Below, piece by piece: positions 28,475 to 37,993 of a DNA stretch of 64,000 nt. The notes beneath the pieces are model-generated. The model did not search any database and was not told where the DNA came from. It saw only the letters and a program-made list of their open reading frames with translations. The position numbers and the translations under genes were made by a program. Position 1 is the first letter of the stretch. Every line of letters starts with the position of its first letter. This stretch comes from Candidatus Omnitrophota bacterium (GTDB lineage Bacteria; Omnitrophota; Gorgyraeia; Zapsychrales; Fredricksoniimonadaceae), in contig JAGWOI010000001.1 of assembly GCA_028870995.1 (NCBI GenBank), positions 100,782-164,781 of the forward strand. Reading direction: 5' to 3'.

Positions 28475-29385
28475 GAATTGTTTCATTGATTGCCAGCGGT
28501 ACCGAGATCGTCTGCGCCTTGGGTTTTGAAGCGGCGCTGGTGGGGCGGTCCCATGAATGCGATCATCCCCCCGCCGTGCTGCGGCTGCCGGCCTGTTCCG
28601 AACCCAAATTCAATGTGGAAGGAAGCAGCCGGGAAATCGACGAGCGCGTCAAGACCATCGTGCGTGAGTCTTTGTCGGTGTACCGGATAGACGCCGAAAA
28701 GCTCAAAAACTTGAGGCCACAGGTCATCATCACCCAGGATCACTGCGAAGTGTGTGCCGTGAGCCTCAAGGATGTCGAGCAGGCTGTGTGCAGCTGGCTG
28801 GGGCCCGAAGTTAAGATCGCGGCCTTGCGGCCCAATGCCCTGGCGGATATTTGGCAGAACTTCAGGCAGGTGGCCGAGGTCCTGGGCTGCCCTTCGAAGG
28901 CTCAAGAGCTCATTGACCAGTGCCTGCCGCGTATGTCGGCCGTCCAGAAAAGAACAGGGAGCCTTCCCCGCCCCTCGGTGGCCTGTATTGAATGGATCGA
29001 GCCCCTGATGTGCGCCGGCAACTGGGTGCCGGAACTGGTGGCGATGGCCGGCGGCCGCGACCTGCTGGGCAAGCCGGGGGCCCATTCACCATGGATGCAA
29101 TGGGATCAATTAAGACAGGCTGATCCGGACATCATCATTGTCATGCCTTGCGGCTGGGACATCGGGCGTACCCGTCGGGAGATGCCCGTTTTAACGAAAC
29201 AGGAGGGATGGCACCAGCTCAAAGCCGTCTGCAGCAATAAGGTTTACCTGGCGGACGGCAATCAGTATTTCAACCGTCCCGGCCCGCGGCTGGTGGAATC
29301 GCTCGAGATCCTGGCGGAAATCATCCATCCCCAGGCTTTTTCATTCGGCCACTACAGGAAAGGCTGGCAAAGGCTGCTTGCCTGA
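28471..29385 (+). CDS. Cobalamin/Fe-siderophore-binding protein (BtuF-like)
   Basis: RIVSLIASGTEIVCALG, RSHECD, TQDHCEVCAVS, FNRPGPRL. Confidence 0.85.
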   Translation: MRIVSLIASGTEIVCALGFEAALVGRSHECDHPPAVLRLPACSEPKFNVEGSSREIDERVKTIVRESLSVYRIDAEKLKNLRPQVIITQDHCEVCAVSLKDVEQAVCSWLGPEVKIAALRPNALADIWQNFRQVAEVLGCPSKAQELIDQCLPRMSAVQKRTGSLPRPSVACIEWIEPLMCAGNWVPELVAMAGGRDLLGKPGAHSPWMQWDQLRQADPDIIIVMPCGWDIGRTRREMPVLTKQEGWHQLKAVCSNKVYLADGNQYFNRPGPRLVESLEILAEIIHPQAFSFGHYRKGWQRLLA

Positions 29386-29404
29386 TAAAAATAAGGAGGG
29401 CTTG

Positions 29405-29758
29405 ATGAAGGATTATGTTTGGCATAAGCAGACCGTTTCCCCTGACCTGGAGATCATCGACTGCTCGGCTTATGATCCTCTGAAGGATTTCCGCCGCGAT
29501 CCCACCGGCGCCTATGTCCTCATTCGCTGCGAGGGCGCCCAGGGGGTCATCGAAGTCGCCGTCTGCGACAAGAACCATGTGATCACGCATGTTTTTCGGG
29601 GCCGCAAGGCCCAGGACCTCTACTTTTCCTTGTTTGAATATGAAAAGGAGCATGGGACGGCATGGTTCGACCGCAAGGACCATGCGGCCTATTTGGGAAA
29701 GGAGCTTAAGAAGGCCGAACTGGCCCTTGAGGGAAAAGGGGATTACGTCCAGGAATAA
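29405..29758 (+). CDS. DUF4346-like small protein
   Basis: DPTGAYVLI and HAAYLGKELKKAELAL..G..YVQ; AAGGAGG RBS before ATG 29405. Confidence 0.75.
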   Translation: MKDYVWHKQTVSPDLEIIDCSAYDPLKDFRRDPTGAYVLIRCEGAQGVIEVAVCDKNHVITHVFRGRKAQDLYFSLFEYEKEHGTAWFDRKDHAAYLGKELKKAELALEGKGDYVQE

Positions 29759-29850
29759 GCCGGGCAAAGATATTGCCAAACAATAGGGAATATGATATTC
29801 TTTAAAAAACGGAAAATCTCCACACTGTTTAAATATCTCCTGAGGTCATC

Positions 29851-30270
29851 ATGAAATCAAAATTCGAGACAGCCGAGGATTGGGTCAAGGTTTCGGTTGA
29901 TTTGAAGGTCTATCCGCTGCAGGCCGTCCATTCTTCCGGCTATGCTTTTATGGACCGGGCCCATGTCCGGCTTGAGCAGGAAAAGAAGGATACGGTGTCC
30001 GTATGGCTCAAACCCAAGGAAGTTAAAAAGGACCTGCAGGCCCTGGCGCTGGAATATTCGGACGAGCTACTTAACTACGCGCACTATTTCACCAGTCTGA
30101 AGGCCAATGCCGAGAATATGAAGCTTTTATTGCAAAGGGCCCTCTTTTCAGCCGCCCCGTCGATCGTTAAAGAGGCTGAAGAAAAAGAAATCGAGAACTT
30201 GATCAAGGAACTCGAAGCGGAAGAAAAGCAAAGTTCTTCTAAATCAAAGTCTCCCAAGGCTGAAAAATAA
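29851..30270 (+). CDS. hxsD: His-Xaa-Ser system protein HxsD-like
   Basis: VDLKVYPLQAVHSSGYAFMDR...DELLNY...ALFS pattern; immediately upstream of hxsB. Confidence 0.72.
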   Translation: MKSKFETAEDWVKVSVDLKVYPLQAVHSSGYAFMDRAHVRLEQEKKDTVSVWLKPKEVKKDLQALALEYSDELLNYAHYFTSLKANAENMKLLLQRALFSAAPSIVKEAEEKEIENLIKELEAEEKQSSSKSKSPKAEK

Positions 30271-30282
30271 TCATTTGCCGCC

Positions 30283-31668
30283 ATGGCCTCGACCTCGTCC
30301 ATCCTTCCTTTTAATTCAGAAAAAATTGATAATAGGTATTTGGTGACCAATATAATGGGTTGCTGGGATGCCTTGGATGAAGCGGAATTCCGCCAGCTTA
30401 ACAGCCTGCGCGTTCCCGAAGGCAGCGGTCTGTATAACCGCCTTTTGGAAAAAGGGTTGATTTTGGACGGAAACAACATCAACCGCATCATCAGCGAGTA
30501 CAGGCGTCTTAATACCAATTTATTCAACGATACCAGCCTGCATATTGCCGTTGTCACCAAACGCTGCAATCTGCGCTGTAATTATTGCCATGCCGAAGGC
30601 GGGGCGGCCAATGACGATATGTCCATAGAGACGGCCACCCGCGTCCTGCAGTACCTTTTTGATGTGCGCAATAACAATGTGACCCTTGAATTCCAGGGTG
30701 GGGAGCCGCTTTTAAACTGGCCGGTGGTCAAGTTCCTCACCGAACACGCCCGCAAGTTCAATACCCTGGGCAAGAATTTGAGCATAGTACTCGTGACCAA
30801 TATGCTGCTTTTAGATGATGAAAAAATACGCTTTTTGGCCGAACATGACGTCGATGTGTGCACCTCCATGGACGGTCCGGCGGAGATCCATGACCAAAGC
30901 CGCAAGGATGTCGGGGGGCGCGGGTCGCATGCCCAATTGATGGAAAAAATCGAACATTACACCAGCCGGACCGGCCGGAAGGTCCATATGCTGCCCACCA
31001 TCACCAGGCATTCGCTGGCACATCCGGAGAGGATCATCGACGAATACCTGCGCCTGGGGCAGGGGGAGATCGCCTTAAGGCCGGTCAACAAGATCGGCTA
31101 TGCCCGGCACCATTGGGACGAGATCGGTTATACGGCCCGGGAATTCAACGGCTTTTATACCAGGGCGATGGCGTATATCATGAAACTCAACACCTCCGGC
31201 ACCTATATCAGCGAGCGCATCGCCCGGACCATCCTGATCAAGGTCCTGCTCAAAGAAGATCCTTATTATGTGAACATGATGAATCCCAGCGGCGACGGCC
31301 GGGCCGTGATGACCTATGGCGTCGACGGCGGATGCTACCCGACCGATGAGGCCAGGATGCTGGGCGATGAGATGTTCCGTTTAGGCAGCTTTGTAAATGA
31401 GAGCTATGACAACATGCTTAATAAGGAAAATCTGCTTTTTTTGTTGAGTGCCGGATGCTCGGACTTATGGAACTACCGTTCGGCCTTCAGCCCCTGGATG
31501 GGGGTCGACCCTGTGGTCAATTATGCCATGGAAAAGAATATTATTCCCAAAGGCGACTCACGGCTTCAGCAGGTGCTGACGCACCAATTCCGGACGGTTT
31601 TTTCGTACCTGTTGGGTGATAAAAAGTATGCCGAGGCCTTTCAACGCTGGATGCAGCCTGCGGCTTAA
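30283..31668 (+). CDS. hxsB: His-Xaa-Ser system radical SAM maturase HxsB-like
   Basis: YLVTN..G, TSLHIAVVTKRCNLRCNYCHA, LEFQGGEPLLN, DEARML, DPV; N-terminal RRE-like region. Confidence 0.85.
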   Translation: MASTSSILPFNSEKIDNRYLVTNIMGCWDALDEAEFRQLNSLRVPEGSGLYNRLLEKGLILDGNNINRIISEYRRLNTNLFNDTSLHIAVVTKRCNLRCNYCHAEGGAANDDMSIETATRVLQYLFDVRNNNVTLEFQGGEPLLNWPVVKFLTEHARKFNTLGKNLSIVLVTNMLLLDDEKIRFLAEHDVDVCTSMDGPAEIHDQSRKDVGGRGSHAQLMEKIEHYTSRTGRKVHMLPTITRHSLAHPERIIDEYLRLGQGEIALRPVNKIGYARHHWDEIGYTAREFNGFYTRAMAYIMKLNTSGTYISERIARTILIKVLLKEDPYYVNMMNPSGDGRAVMTYGVDGGCYPTDEARMLGDEMFRLGSFVNESYDNMLNKENLLFLLSAGCSDLWNYRSAFSPWMGVDPVVNYAMEKNIIPKGDSRLQQVLTHQFRTVFSYLLGDKKYAEAFQRWMQPAA

Positions 31669-31677
31669 GGAGTGCTG

Positions 31678-31944
31678 ATGAAAAAAACGACTAAAAAAAG
31701 CAAGATCATTCAAAAGACAACGCCCTTGGTCAAATCGCTGGGGGAACTGATAAAGGATGAGGATGGCTTTGTCAGCAAGGAGACCATTTTAAAGGTCGGG
31801 CTGTCGACGGTTGCGGCTTTGGGGGTGGTGGGTGCGATGACCGACATCTCGTCGGGGCAGAATACGGCCACGCATACCAACACGCTGTCGACAACCAAGA
31901 ATTGCATTAACCACACCAACGTAACGACGCACACATCTTATTAA
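31678..31944 (+). CDS. Putative RiPP precursor (HxsA-like) with prepilin-type leader and HTN/HTN/HTS core
   Basis: 88 aa; AAGGAG RBS; basic leader ending LIKDEDG, then FVSKE, a hydrophobic helix and C-terminal ATHTN...NHTNVTTHTSY; directly after hxsB. Confidence 0.78.
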   Translation: MKKTTKKSKIIQKTTPLVKSLGELIKDEDGFVSKETILKVGLSTVAALGVVGAMTDISSGQNTATHTNTLSTTKNCINHTNVTTHTSY

Positions 31945-31969
31945 CGGGCATTCTCTTCCTTGCTCGCCA

Positions 31970-33175
31970 ATGGCCAGTAGCCTTTCTCCCAAGTTAGGTA
32001 TTTATTTCTCCCATTATGAATGTTTTGGTCATACGGCCCGCGTCATGGCCATGGCCGAGGTTTTCAAGAGAAGATATCTTCAGGGAAAGATTTTCTTTAT
32101 CCAGGCCGGTCTCGGCCAGCCCAGGTCCAGGATAGGACAATGGGGAAAGGTTTATCCGCTGCCCGGCGCCTTCATGAACCGCCGGAGTTTCAAGGCCGCT
32201 AACTTGCCGTTTGATGTAGACAAAAGAGCTCGACTTTGCGAAGCGATCGTAGCCAGGGAAAAACCAGGCCTCTTGATCTCGGAATACTTCCCTCTCGGCC
32301 ATGGAGAATGCCGCCACGAGCTGCTGACCGCTTTAGTGAAAGCATCCGCTCAAGGAGCCCTGTGGGCCGCGGCGGGGTATCCCTTATTGACGGGGAAGTC
32401 CCTATGGCGTAAGAAAGTCCTTGCGCTCTACCAGCATCTTTTTATTTTTTCTTCTGCCTTGGAAAGGGAATTTATTGCCGGCCTTTTGTCAGGACAAGAG
32501 AAGCGGGAGTATTTGGATTTCTTCGAGCAAAATGCCTCTAAAATCCTTTTTGCCGGATATTTGCTGCCCCGGCAGGAGGTGGTTGAGGATGATGAAGGTG
32601 TTAACCGTGTTGGGCCGCCCGTTGCCAAAGGGGCTTGCCGGGTGGCTGTTTTGAGGGGAGGGGGCGTCTGTTACCCGAAGCTCATTGCGCAAGCCATCCG
32701 GGCCAGCGATCTGCTGGGACAGGAGTACCATTTTACGGTGGTGGCAGGGCCCTCAACGACAGCGGCAGAATGGCGTTTATTCAAAACCATGCAGGGCAAA
32801 AAGAAGATCAAGAATTTGATTTTGCTGGGATCATTGGGAGGGTACGAAAAATTGATCAAAGAAAGCGATGTGTGCGTGTCGACCGCAGGCTATCATACAG
32901 GGGCGATGCTGCTTAAACACCGCAAGAAGGCCGTTCTGGTGCCTTTTGAAGGTTATGGTGCCAAGCGCCATTATGAACAGCCGGCCCGGGCGGCTTTGCT
33001 TAGAGAGATATTGGGAGCGGAGATCCTTTCAATAAAGACGATGACGGCCGCGAAGCTCAGACAGGCCATTCAGGATGCCGCAGGCCGTCCCGCTGTCAAA
33101 CGCCGCATTCCTGAAGCATGGTTCACGGGCGCGGATGTTTTGGACAAGGCCTTAAGAGTGTTTTGGGAACGTTAA
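31970..33175 (+). CDS. GT-B glycosyltransferase (GT28 C-terminal/COG4671-like)
   Basis: SH...GH..R, EYFPLG, GGG, AGP, STAGYHT, EQ..RA. Confidence 0.78.
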   Translation: MASSLSPKLGIYFSHYECFGHTARVMAMAEVFKRRYLQGKIFFIQAGLGQPRSRIGQWGKVYPLPGAFMNRRSFKAANLPFDVDKRARLCEAIVAREKPGLLISEYFPLGHGECRHELLTALVKASAQGALWAAAGYPLLTGKSLWRKKVLALYQHLFIFSSALEREFIAGLLSGQEKREYLDFFEQNASKILFAGYLLPRQEVVEDDEGVNRVGPPVAKGACRVAVLRGGGVCYPKLIAQAIRASDLLGQEYHFTVVAGPSTTAAEWRLFKTMQGKKKIKNLILLGSLGGYEKLIKESDVCVSTAGYHTGAMLLKHRKKAVLVPFEGYGAKRHYEQPARAALLREILGAEILSIKTMTAAKLRQAIQDAAGRPAVKRRIPEAWFTGADVLDKALRVFWER

Positions 33176-33187
33176 CAGGGGCATTTT

Positions 33188-34204
33188 ATGATCATCGATG
33201 AGCGTGAGTACCGGCGGCGATATTTACTGCGGATCAAGGGGGCGCGCGACAACAAAGTTTATATCGGCCCTGAGACTGTCTCTTTGGATCTCATTAATTT
33301 ATGCAATCTCAGCTGCCGGTTCTGTTCGGCCCAGCATGCCCCCAATAACCCGTTTCGTTCTGAAAAAGCCCGTCTTTTTGAATGGGATGATTTCCTTGGT
33401 GTCGTGGGTGATTGCGTTGATTTGAAGGTCAACCAGCTCTATCTCGTAGGGCCGGGGGAGCCGACGCTGCACCCCAGGTTCCGGGACATGATGCAGCATC
33501 TGGAGAGGCAGCCGATAACCACAAAATTATTTACCAATGCGACCTTTTCGCCGGAATATTGCGCCGATGTGCTCAAAGGCGACCATGTGATCATCAACCT
33601 TAATGCCATTGACCGGCAGGGCTATGTTGATTTAAAAGGCAAGGATCTTTTTGACCGCGTGGTGGCCAATATCGAGCGTCTTGTTTCCTTGCGCAATACC
33701 GTCAAGCCGGAATTTGGGATTAAAATCGCCTATATACTTAATGCCGTCACGCTCCCGCAGAAAGAGAAAATGCTGGACCTGGCTTCCGGGTTGGGGGTCG
33801 ATATGGTTAATGTCATAGAAATGCACGGGAATGCCTATAATCAAGATATTGCCTTGCCGCAGGGATCGCCCGGGGCCAAGAAAACAAGGACCCCTCCGGC
33901 TTGCTTAAATGGATGGTTTTATATGGCCGTAAAATTGGATGACAGCGCCTCCATTTGCTGTCAAATCCATAAGATGCCTTTTGGAGATTTTGACAAGGGG
34001 CACTTTAAGCGCTTCTGGCTTTCGCAGCGCCTGATGAATTTGCGTCTGATGGGAAAATACGGTCAACTCCAGAAGATGTTCAAGGCCTGTAAGACCTGCC
34101 CTGATTATGAAGAGAATATAGAGCGCGCTCAAAGGGCGGGTTCAGGAAGGCCGGCTGCATTCAAGGGATCAGGGGGCCATAGTCCCAAGGTTGAAACTGT
34201 TTAA
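33188..34204 (+). CDS. Radical SAM protein with twitch/SPASM domain
   Basis: CNLSCRFC, GEPTLHP, CLNGW...ICC...CKTC. Confidence 0.88.
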   Translation: MIIDEREYRRRYLLRIKGARDNKVYIGPETVSLDLINLCNLSCRFCSAQHAPNNPFRSEKARLFEWDDFLGVVGDCVDLKVNQLYLVGPGEPTLHPRFRDMMQHLERQPITTKLFTNATFSPEYCADVLKGDHVIINLNAIDRQGYVDLKGKDLFDRVVANIERLVSLRNTVKPEFGIKIAYILNAVTLPQKEKMLDLASGLGVDMVNVIEMHGNAYNQDIALPQGSPGAKKTRTPPACLNGWFYMAVKLDDSASICCQIHKMPFGDFDKGHFKRFWLSQRLMNLRLMGKYGQLQKMFKACKTCPDYEENIERAQRAGSGRPAAFKGSGGHSPKVETV

Positions 34205-35161
34205 AAAGCCGTGATAGGAGTAACATCCGGGGCAGTCGCCTTTAAGACCACAGGCCACCTGTTTTTTGTGTTTTTCTGCAAATAAGATAGAAACGCCGTC
34301 TTGGAGAGTCCCTATTTCTTCCATGTTCAGGCAGCAAAAGACCTTCTGCTCTGAGGTTATAAACAGGCATTTGAGGGGGGTTTGGCATGATTTGATAGGG
34401 AAATTATCATGTGAAACCAGATCAATAAGCAGGGAAAAGGGAGCAAAATCAATGATCGGGGCGGTCTTTTTCTTTTCCTCAATAAAGATCTTTTCCAGCT
34501 GCTGCTTGATGGATTCCCGTATGCTTGATTGGAGCAGGGGACTGAATTCCAGGGTGCTGGCGAGGCGATGGTAGTAATTCCCCACATTCTGCTCGGAAAT
34601 TTTAGGACTGAACATCAAATTATTTTCCAAGCAGAAAAGGTAGAAGGGATAGACCTCATCATAGTTGAATTTGCTGATGGTAAACTTAACACGAAGCTTT
34701 AAACTGTCGCCAAAAAGGATTTTAATTCCCTTGATCGTTTCAAATGTTTTTTTAAAGGCATTGGACCTTCCGCGTATTTCGGAATGTTTCTCATTTATTC
34801 CATCCAGGCTTATCCCCACATGGCATCCTTCAAGGAATTCACGGTTTTCTTTAAGGGTTTGCAGTATTTTTTTGGTGGCATACCCGTTGGTGTTGATATC
34901 GAAGCACCGGATAGATCCCTTTTTCCTTAAGAGATACATCAACTGGAGGATTTTTCCTATCTGCGGATGAAGGAAAGGTTCGCCTCCCGTAATGGAGATT
35001 GATCCTATTTTATATTGAGTTGCGACGGATTTGATGAACTGATGGATGCCGGTTAAGGGGATGACCCGGTGCTTTTCCTGCCATATATTGCAGACTTTAC
35101 ATCGCAGGTTGCATTGATTTGTAATTTCGATGGTGATTTCCTGGATGAAATTCTCATGCAT
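34169..35161 (-). CDS. Radical SAM protein with twitch/SPASM domain
   Basis: CNLRCKVC, TGGEPFL, ISLDG, C..P...VFCC...CPGC. Confidence 0.88.
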   Translation of the reverse strand: MHENFIQEITIEITNQCNLRCKVCNIWQEKHRVIPLTGIHQFIKSVATQYKIGSISITGGEPFLHPQIGKILQLMYLLRKKGSIRCFDINTNGYATKKILQTLKENREFLEGCHVGISLDGINEKHSEIRGRSNAFKKTFETIKGIKILFGDSLKLRVKFTISKFNYDEVYPFYLFCLENNLMFSPKISEQNVGNYYHRLASTLEFSPLLQSSIRESIKQQLEKIFIEEKKKTAPIIDFAPFSLLIDLVSHDNFPIKSCQTPLKCLFITSEQKVFCCLNMEEIGTLQDGVSILFAEKHKKQVACGLKGDCPGCYSYHGFLNSFNLGTMAP

Positions 35162-35298
35162 GAGTAAAGTTTAATATATCTACACACCAAGTCAAGGGTA
35201 AAGCTCCAGTGAGAGGGGGGGAGAAGAAAAGAAACAATTGACCTTCAAGTACGGATAAAAGTATAATCCGGTGTCGCCTAAAGCAGGACATATTTGAT

Positions 35299-36012
35299 AT
35301 GATGAAAAAATGCCTTTTTATCCGTGACGACGACGTCTGGACGCTTAACCAAAGATTCCATTTTTTCTTTGAGAATGCGCGCCAACGCGGCATTCCGGTG
35401 GTTTATGCGGTCATTCCCGGGAGGCTGGAGTCCGGTCTCGCCCGTTTTTTATGCCGGGCCAAGGAAGAAACGCCGCATTTGCTGGACATTGTCCAACACG
35501 GGTGGGTCCATCGAAATCACTCCAAGGATACAAAATATGAATTTGGCCCATTGAGATCTTTAAAAGATCAGCGTCGCGATATTCAAGAGGGTCAAAAAAA
35601 GATGCGGCTGGCCTTTGGCAAGCGCCTGACCAATGCCTTTGTCCCGCCGTATCACGGTTATGACCTGCAAACGTTACGCGTGCTTGAAGAGGAGGGTTTT
35701 CAGGTCTTCTCCAACGGGGCATTTAACGGCCAATTAAAAGGACGGTTCATGGACCTTCCCGCGCAACTTTCTTTCAGCCGGTACGGCCAGGGCCGTACGG
35801 ATATCTATCAAGCTAAGGAAATGATAGGCGGATTGCTCAAAGGAATTGGACACTACCCGTTAGTGGGCGTCGTCACGCACCACATGGATTTTACAACGTC
35901 CGGTAAGCGAAAAGAACTGGCGCTTTTTTTAGATTATATCTCTGCCTTGAAAGAAAAAAAGGGCTGGAGAGTCAAGTTGTTTTCTGAGATCATAACTGAA
36001 CGTACACCATGA
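35299..36012 (+). CDS. Polysaccharide deacetylase-like (CE4/DUF2334) protein
   Basis: IRDDD, AVIP, QHGWVH, FVPPY, THH. Confidence 0.78.
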   Translation: MMKKCLFIRDDDVWTLNQRFHFFFENARQRGIPVVYAVIPGRLESGLARFLCRAKEETPHLLDIVQHGWVHRNHSKDTKYEFGPLRSLKDQRRDIQEGQKKMRLAFGKRLTNAFVPPYHGYDLQTLRVLEEEGFQVFSNGAFNGQLKGRFMDLPAQLSFSRYGQGRTDIYQAKEMIGGLLKGIGHYPLVGVVTHHMDFTTSGKRKELALFLDYISALKEKKGWRVKLFSEIITERTP

Positions 36013-36968
36013 GCCCCTCAGCCCTCCTTCAACTTTATTATACGCTCGTCAAGATACGGCGGTTTGAAGAAAAAATAGTCGAATTATACCCTTTCCAGAG
36101 AATACGCTGTCCCGTCCATCTTTGCATCGGCCAGGAGGCCATTGCCGCCGGTGTCTGTGCGCATTTGAAAAGGACCGATTTCATGGTCAGCACCCACCGT
36201 AATCACGGCCATTTGATCGCCAAGGGTGCGGGTTTAAAATCCTTATTTGCGGAGATCTTCGGTAAAATAGACGGCTGTTCCCGCGGGAAGGGCGGTTCTA
36301 TGCACATGATAGATCCGGAAAACTCGTCATTAGGGACCTCCTCCATAGTGGCTGCAGGCATCCCGATGGCGTTGGGGACTGCGCTTGCTTCAAAATTAAG
36401 GAAACAGAATAAAGTGAGCGTTGTTTTTTTCGGCGACGGCGCGGTGGATCAGGGCGCTTTCTTTGAATGCCTTAATTTTGCCTCGCTTCATAAACTGGCG
36501 GTAGTTTTTGTCTGTGAGAACAATGCGTACTCGATCAATTCACCGCAAAAGATCAGGCAGGTCAACAAAGAGATACATAAAATTACGGATTTTTTCCGGA
36601 TGCCGGGTCTTTGCATTAACGGAAATGACGTGATCGAAGTATGGAAGCAGTCCGGGAAGCTTGTCGACAGGGCCCGACGGGGCCATGGCCCGTCTCTGAT
36701 GGAAGCCATGACTTTCCGGCATTATGCGCATGTCGGCATAGAGGATGATACGGACAAGGGTTTCAGGGACAAAGGTGAATTAAAACACTGGGCAAAAAAA
36801 TGCCCTTTAAAATTATTTAAGAAGTATCTCATCCATGAGGTAGGGTTGCCTCCTGAATCGATGGCCAGGATAGAGAATAAGATCGAGGGGGAGATCCGGG
36901 AAGCCGTTAATTTTGCCGTAAGCTCACCCTTTCCCGGTAAAGAAGAGCTGGGCAAGGATGTGTATTGA
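36009..36968 (+). CDS. TPP-dependent dehydrogenase E1 alpha subunit
   Basis: HLCIGQEA, STHRNHGH, GKGGSMH, GDGA...ENN TPP motif. Confidence 0.92.
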   Translation: MSPSALLQLYYTLVKIRRFEEKIVELYPFQRIRCPVHLCIGQEAIAAGVCAHLKRTDFMVSTHRNHGHLIAKGAGLKSLFAEIFGKIDGCSRGKGGSMHMIDPENSSLGTSSIVAAGIPMALGTALASKLRKQNKVSVVFFGDGAVDQGAFFECLNFASLHKLAVVFVCENNAYSINSPQKIRQVNKEIHKITDFFRMPGLCINGNDVIEVWKQSGKLVDRARRGHGPSLMEAMTFRHYAHVGIEDDTDKGFRDKGELKHWAKKCPLKLFKKYLIHEVGLPPESMARIENKIEGEIREAVNFAVSSPFPGKEELGKDVY

Positions 36969-37984
36969 TGCCTGACGTCAAAGCAGAGAACCGGAGGCAA
37001 ATCACCTTTCGTGAGGCGATCCTTGAAGCCCAAAGGATGGCCCTTCAAGAGGATCCCAGGGTCTTTTTATTGGGCGCAGGGGTCGGCGGCCCTTCCGGCG
37101 TATTTAAGACAACAGAAGGGTTAAAGGAAAAGTTTGGTCCCCGGCGGATCATGGACGTGCCCGTATGCGAAAATACCATAACAGGCATAGCGCTCGGAGC
37201 AGCCCTGGCGGGTTTGAAGCCGGTCTTGATCAATATGTTCACGGATTTTTTGTTTACGTCCATGGACCAGATCATCAATCATATTGCCAAGTATAAATAT
37301 ATGTTCGGCGGCAGGGCCTCTGTGCCGGTGGTCATAAGGGCCATTATCGGCGGCAGGGGCGGTGTGGCGGCCCAGCACGGCCAGCCTGTACAGGCGCTTT
37401 TTGCCCATATTCCAGGGATAAAGGTCGTTATGCCCTCATCGGCCTATGAAGCCAAAGGGCTTTTTTTAGGCAGCATTGCTGACGGGGCCCCGGTCATCTT
37501 TATTGAACATTCCTGGTTATATGATAAACTTGAAGCAGTTCCTAAGGAGGCTTATACAATTCCTTTGGGGAAATCAGCCGTCAAACGAAAGGGAAGCGAT
37601 ATCACCATTGTCGCCGATTCAGTCATGGTCGCTATGGCCATGGCCGCTGCTGACCAACTGTCCCAAGAGGGCATTGAGGCGGAGATCATAGATCTAAGGA
37701 CCGTGAAGCCCCTGGATCATGAAACCATACTGGCATCGGTGAAAAGAACACGAAGGGCGTGCATCCTTGATTTTGGATACATGTGTTGCGGCATATCCTC
37801 TGAAATAGCCGCGTTTTTGTCGCAGGAGTGTTTTGGTATCTTAAAGGGGCCGGTCATAAGGGTGGGATTGCCTGATATCCCTCTTCCCGCAGCTCCCAGT
37901 CTGGAAGCCATTTATTATCCTTCGGCCGAAGAAATTATTCTAAGGATCAAACACTTGTTCAACCAATACCCGGATAAGGCATAG
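36968..37984 (+). CDS. TPP-dependent dehydrogenase E1 beta subunit
   Basis: DVPVCEN, MDQIINH, AQH, PGIKVV, IDLRTVKPLD. Confidence 0.92.
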   Translation: MPDVKAENRRQITFREAILEAQRMALQEDPRVFLLGAGVGGPSGVFKTTEGLKEKFGPRRIMDVPVCENTITGIALGAALAGLKPVLINMFTDFLFTSMDQIINHIAKYKYMFGGRASVPVVIRAIIGGRGGVAAQHGQPVQALFAHIPGIKVVMPSSAYEAKGLFLGSIADGAPVIFIEHSWLYDKLEAVPKEAYTIPLGKSAVKRKGSDITIVADSVMVAMAMAAADQLSQEGIEAEIIDLRTVKPLDHETILASVKRTRRACILDFGYMCCGISSEIAAFLSQECFGILKGPVIRVGLPDIPLPAAPSLEAIYYPSAEEIILRIKHLFNQYPDKA

Positions 37985-37993
37985 GCCCAACCC

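Noticed and set aside
36009-37984. Housekeeping pyruvate dehydrogenase (pdhA/pdhB)
   Set aside because: There is no E2/E3 and the context is biosynthetic, so no gene symbol was assigned.
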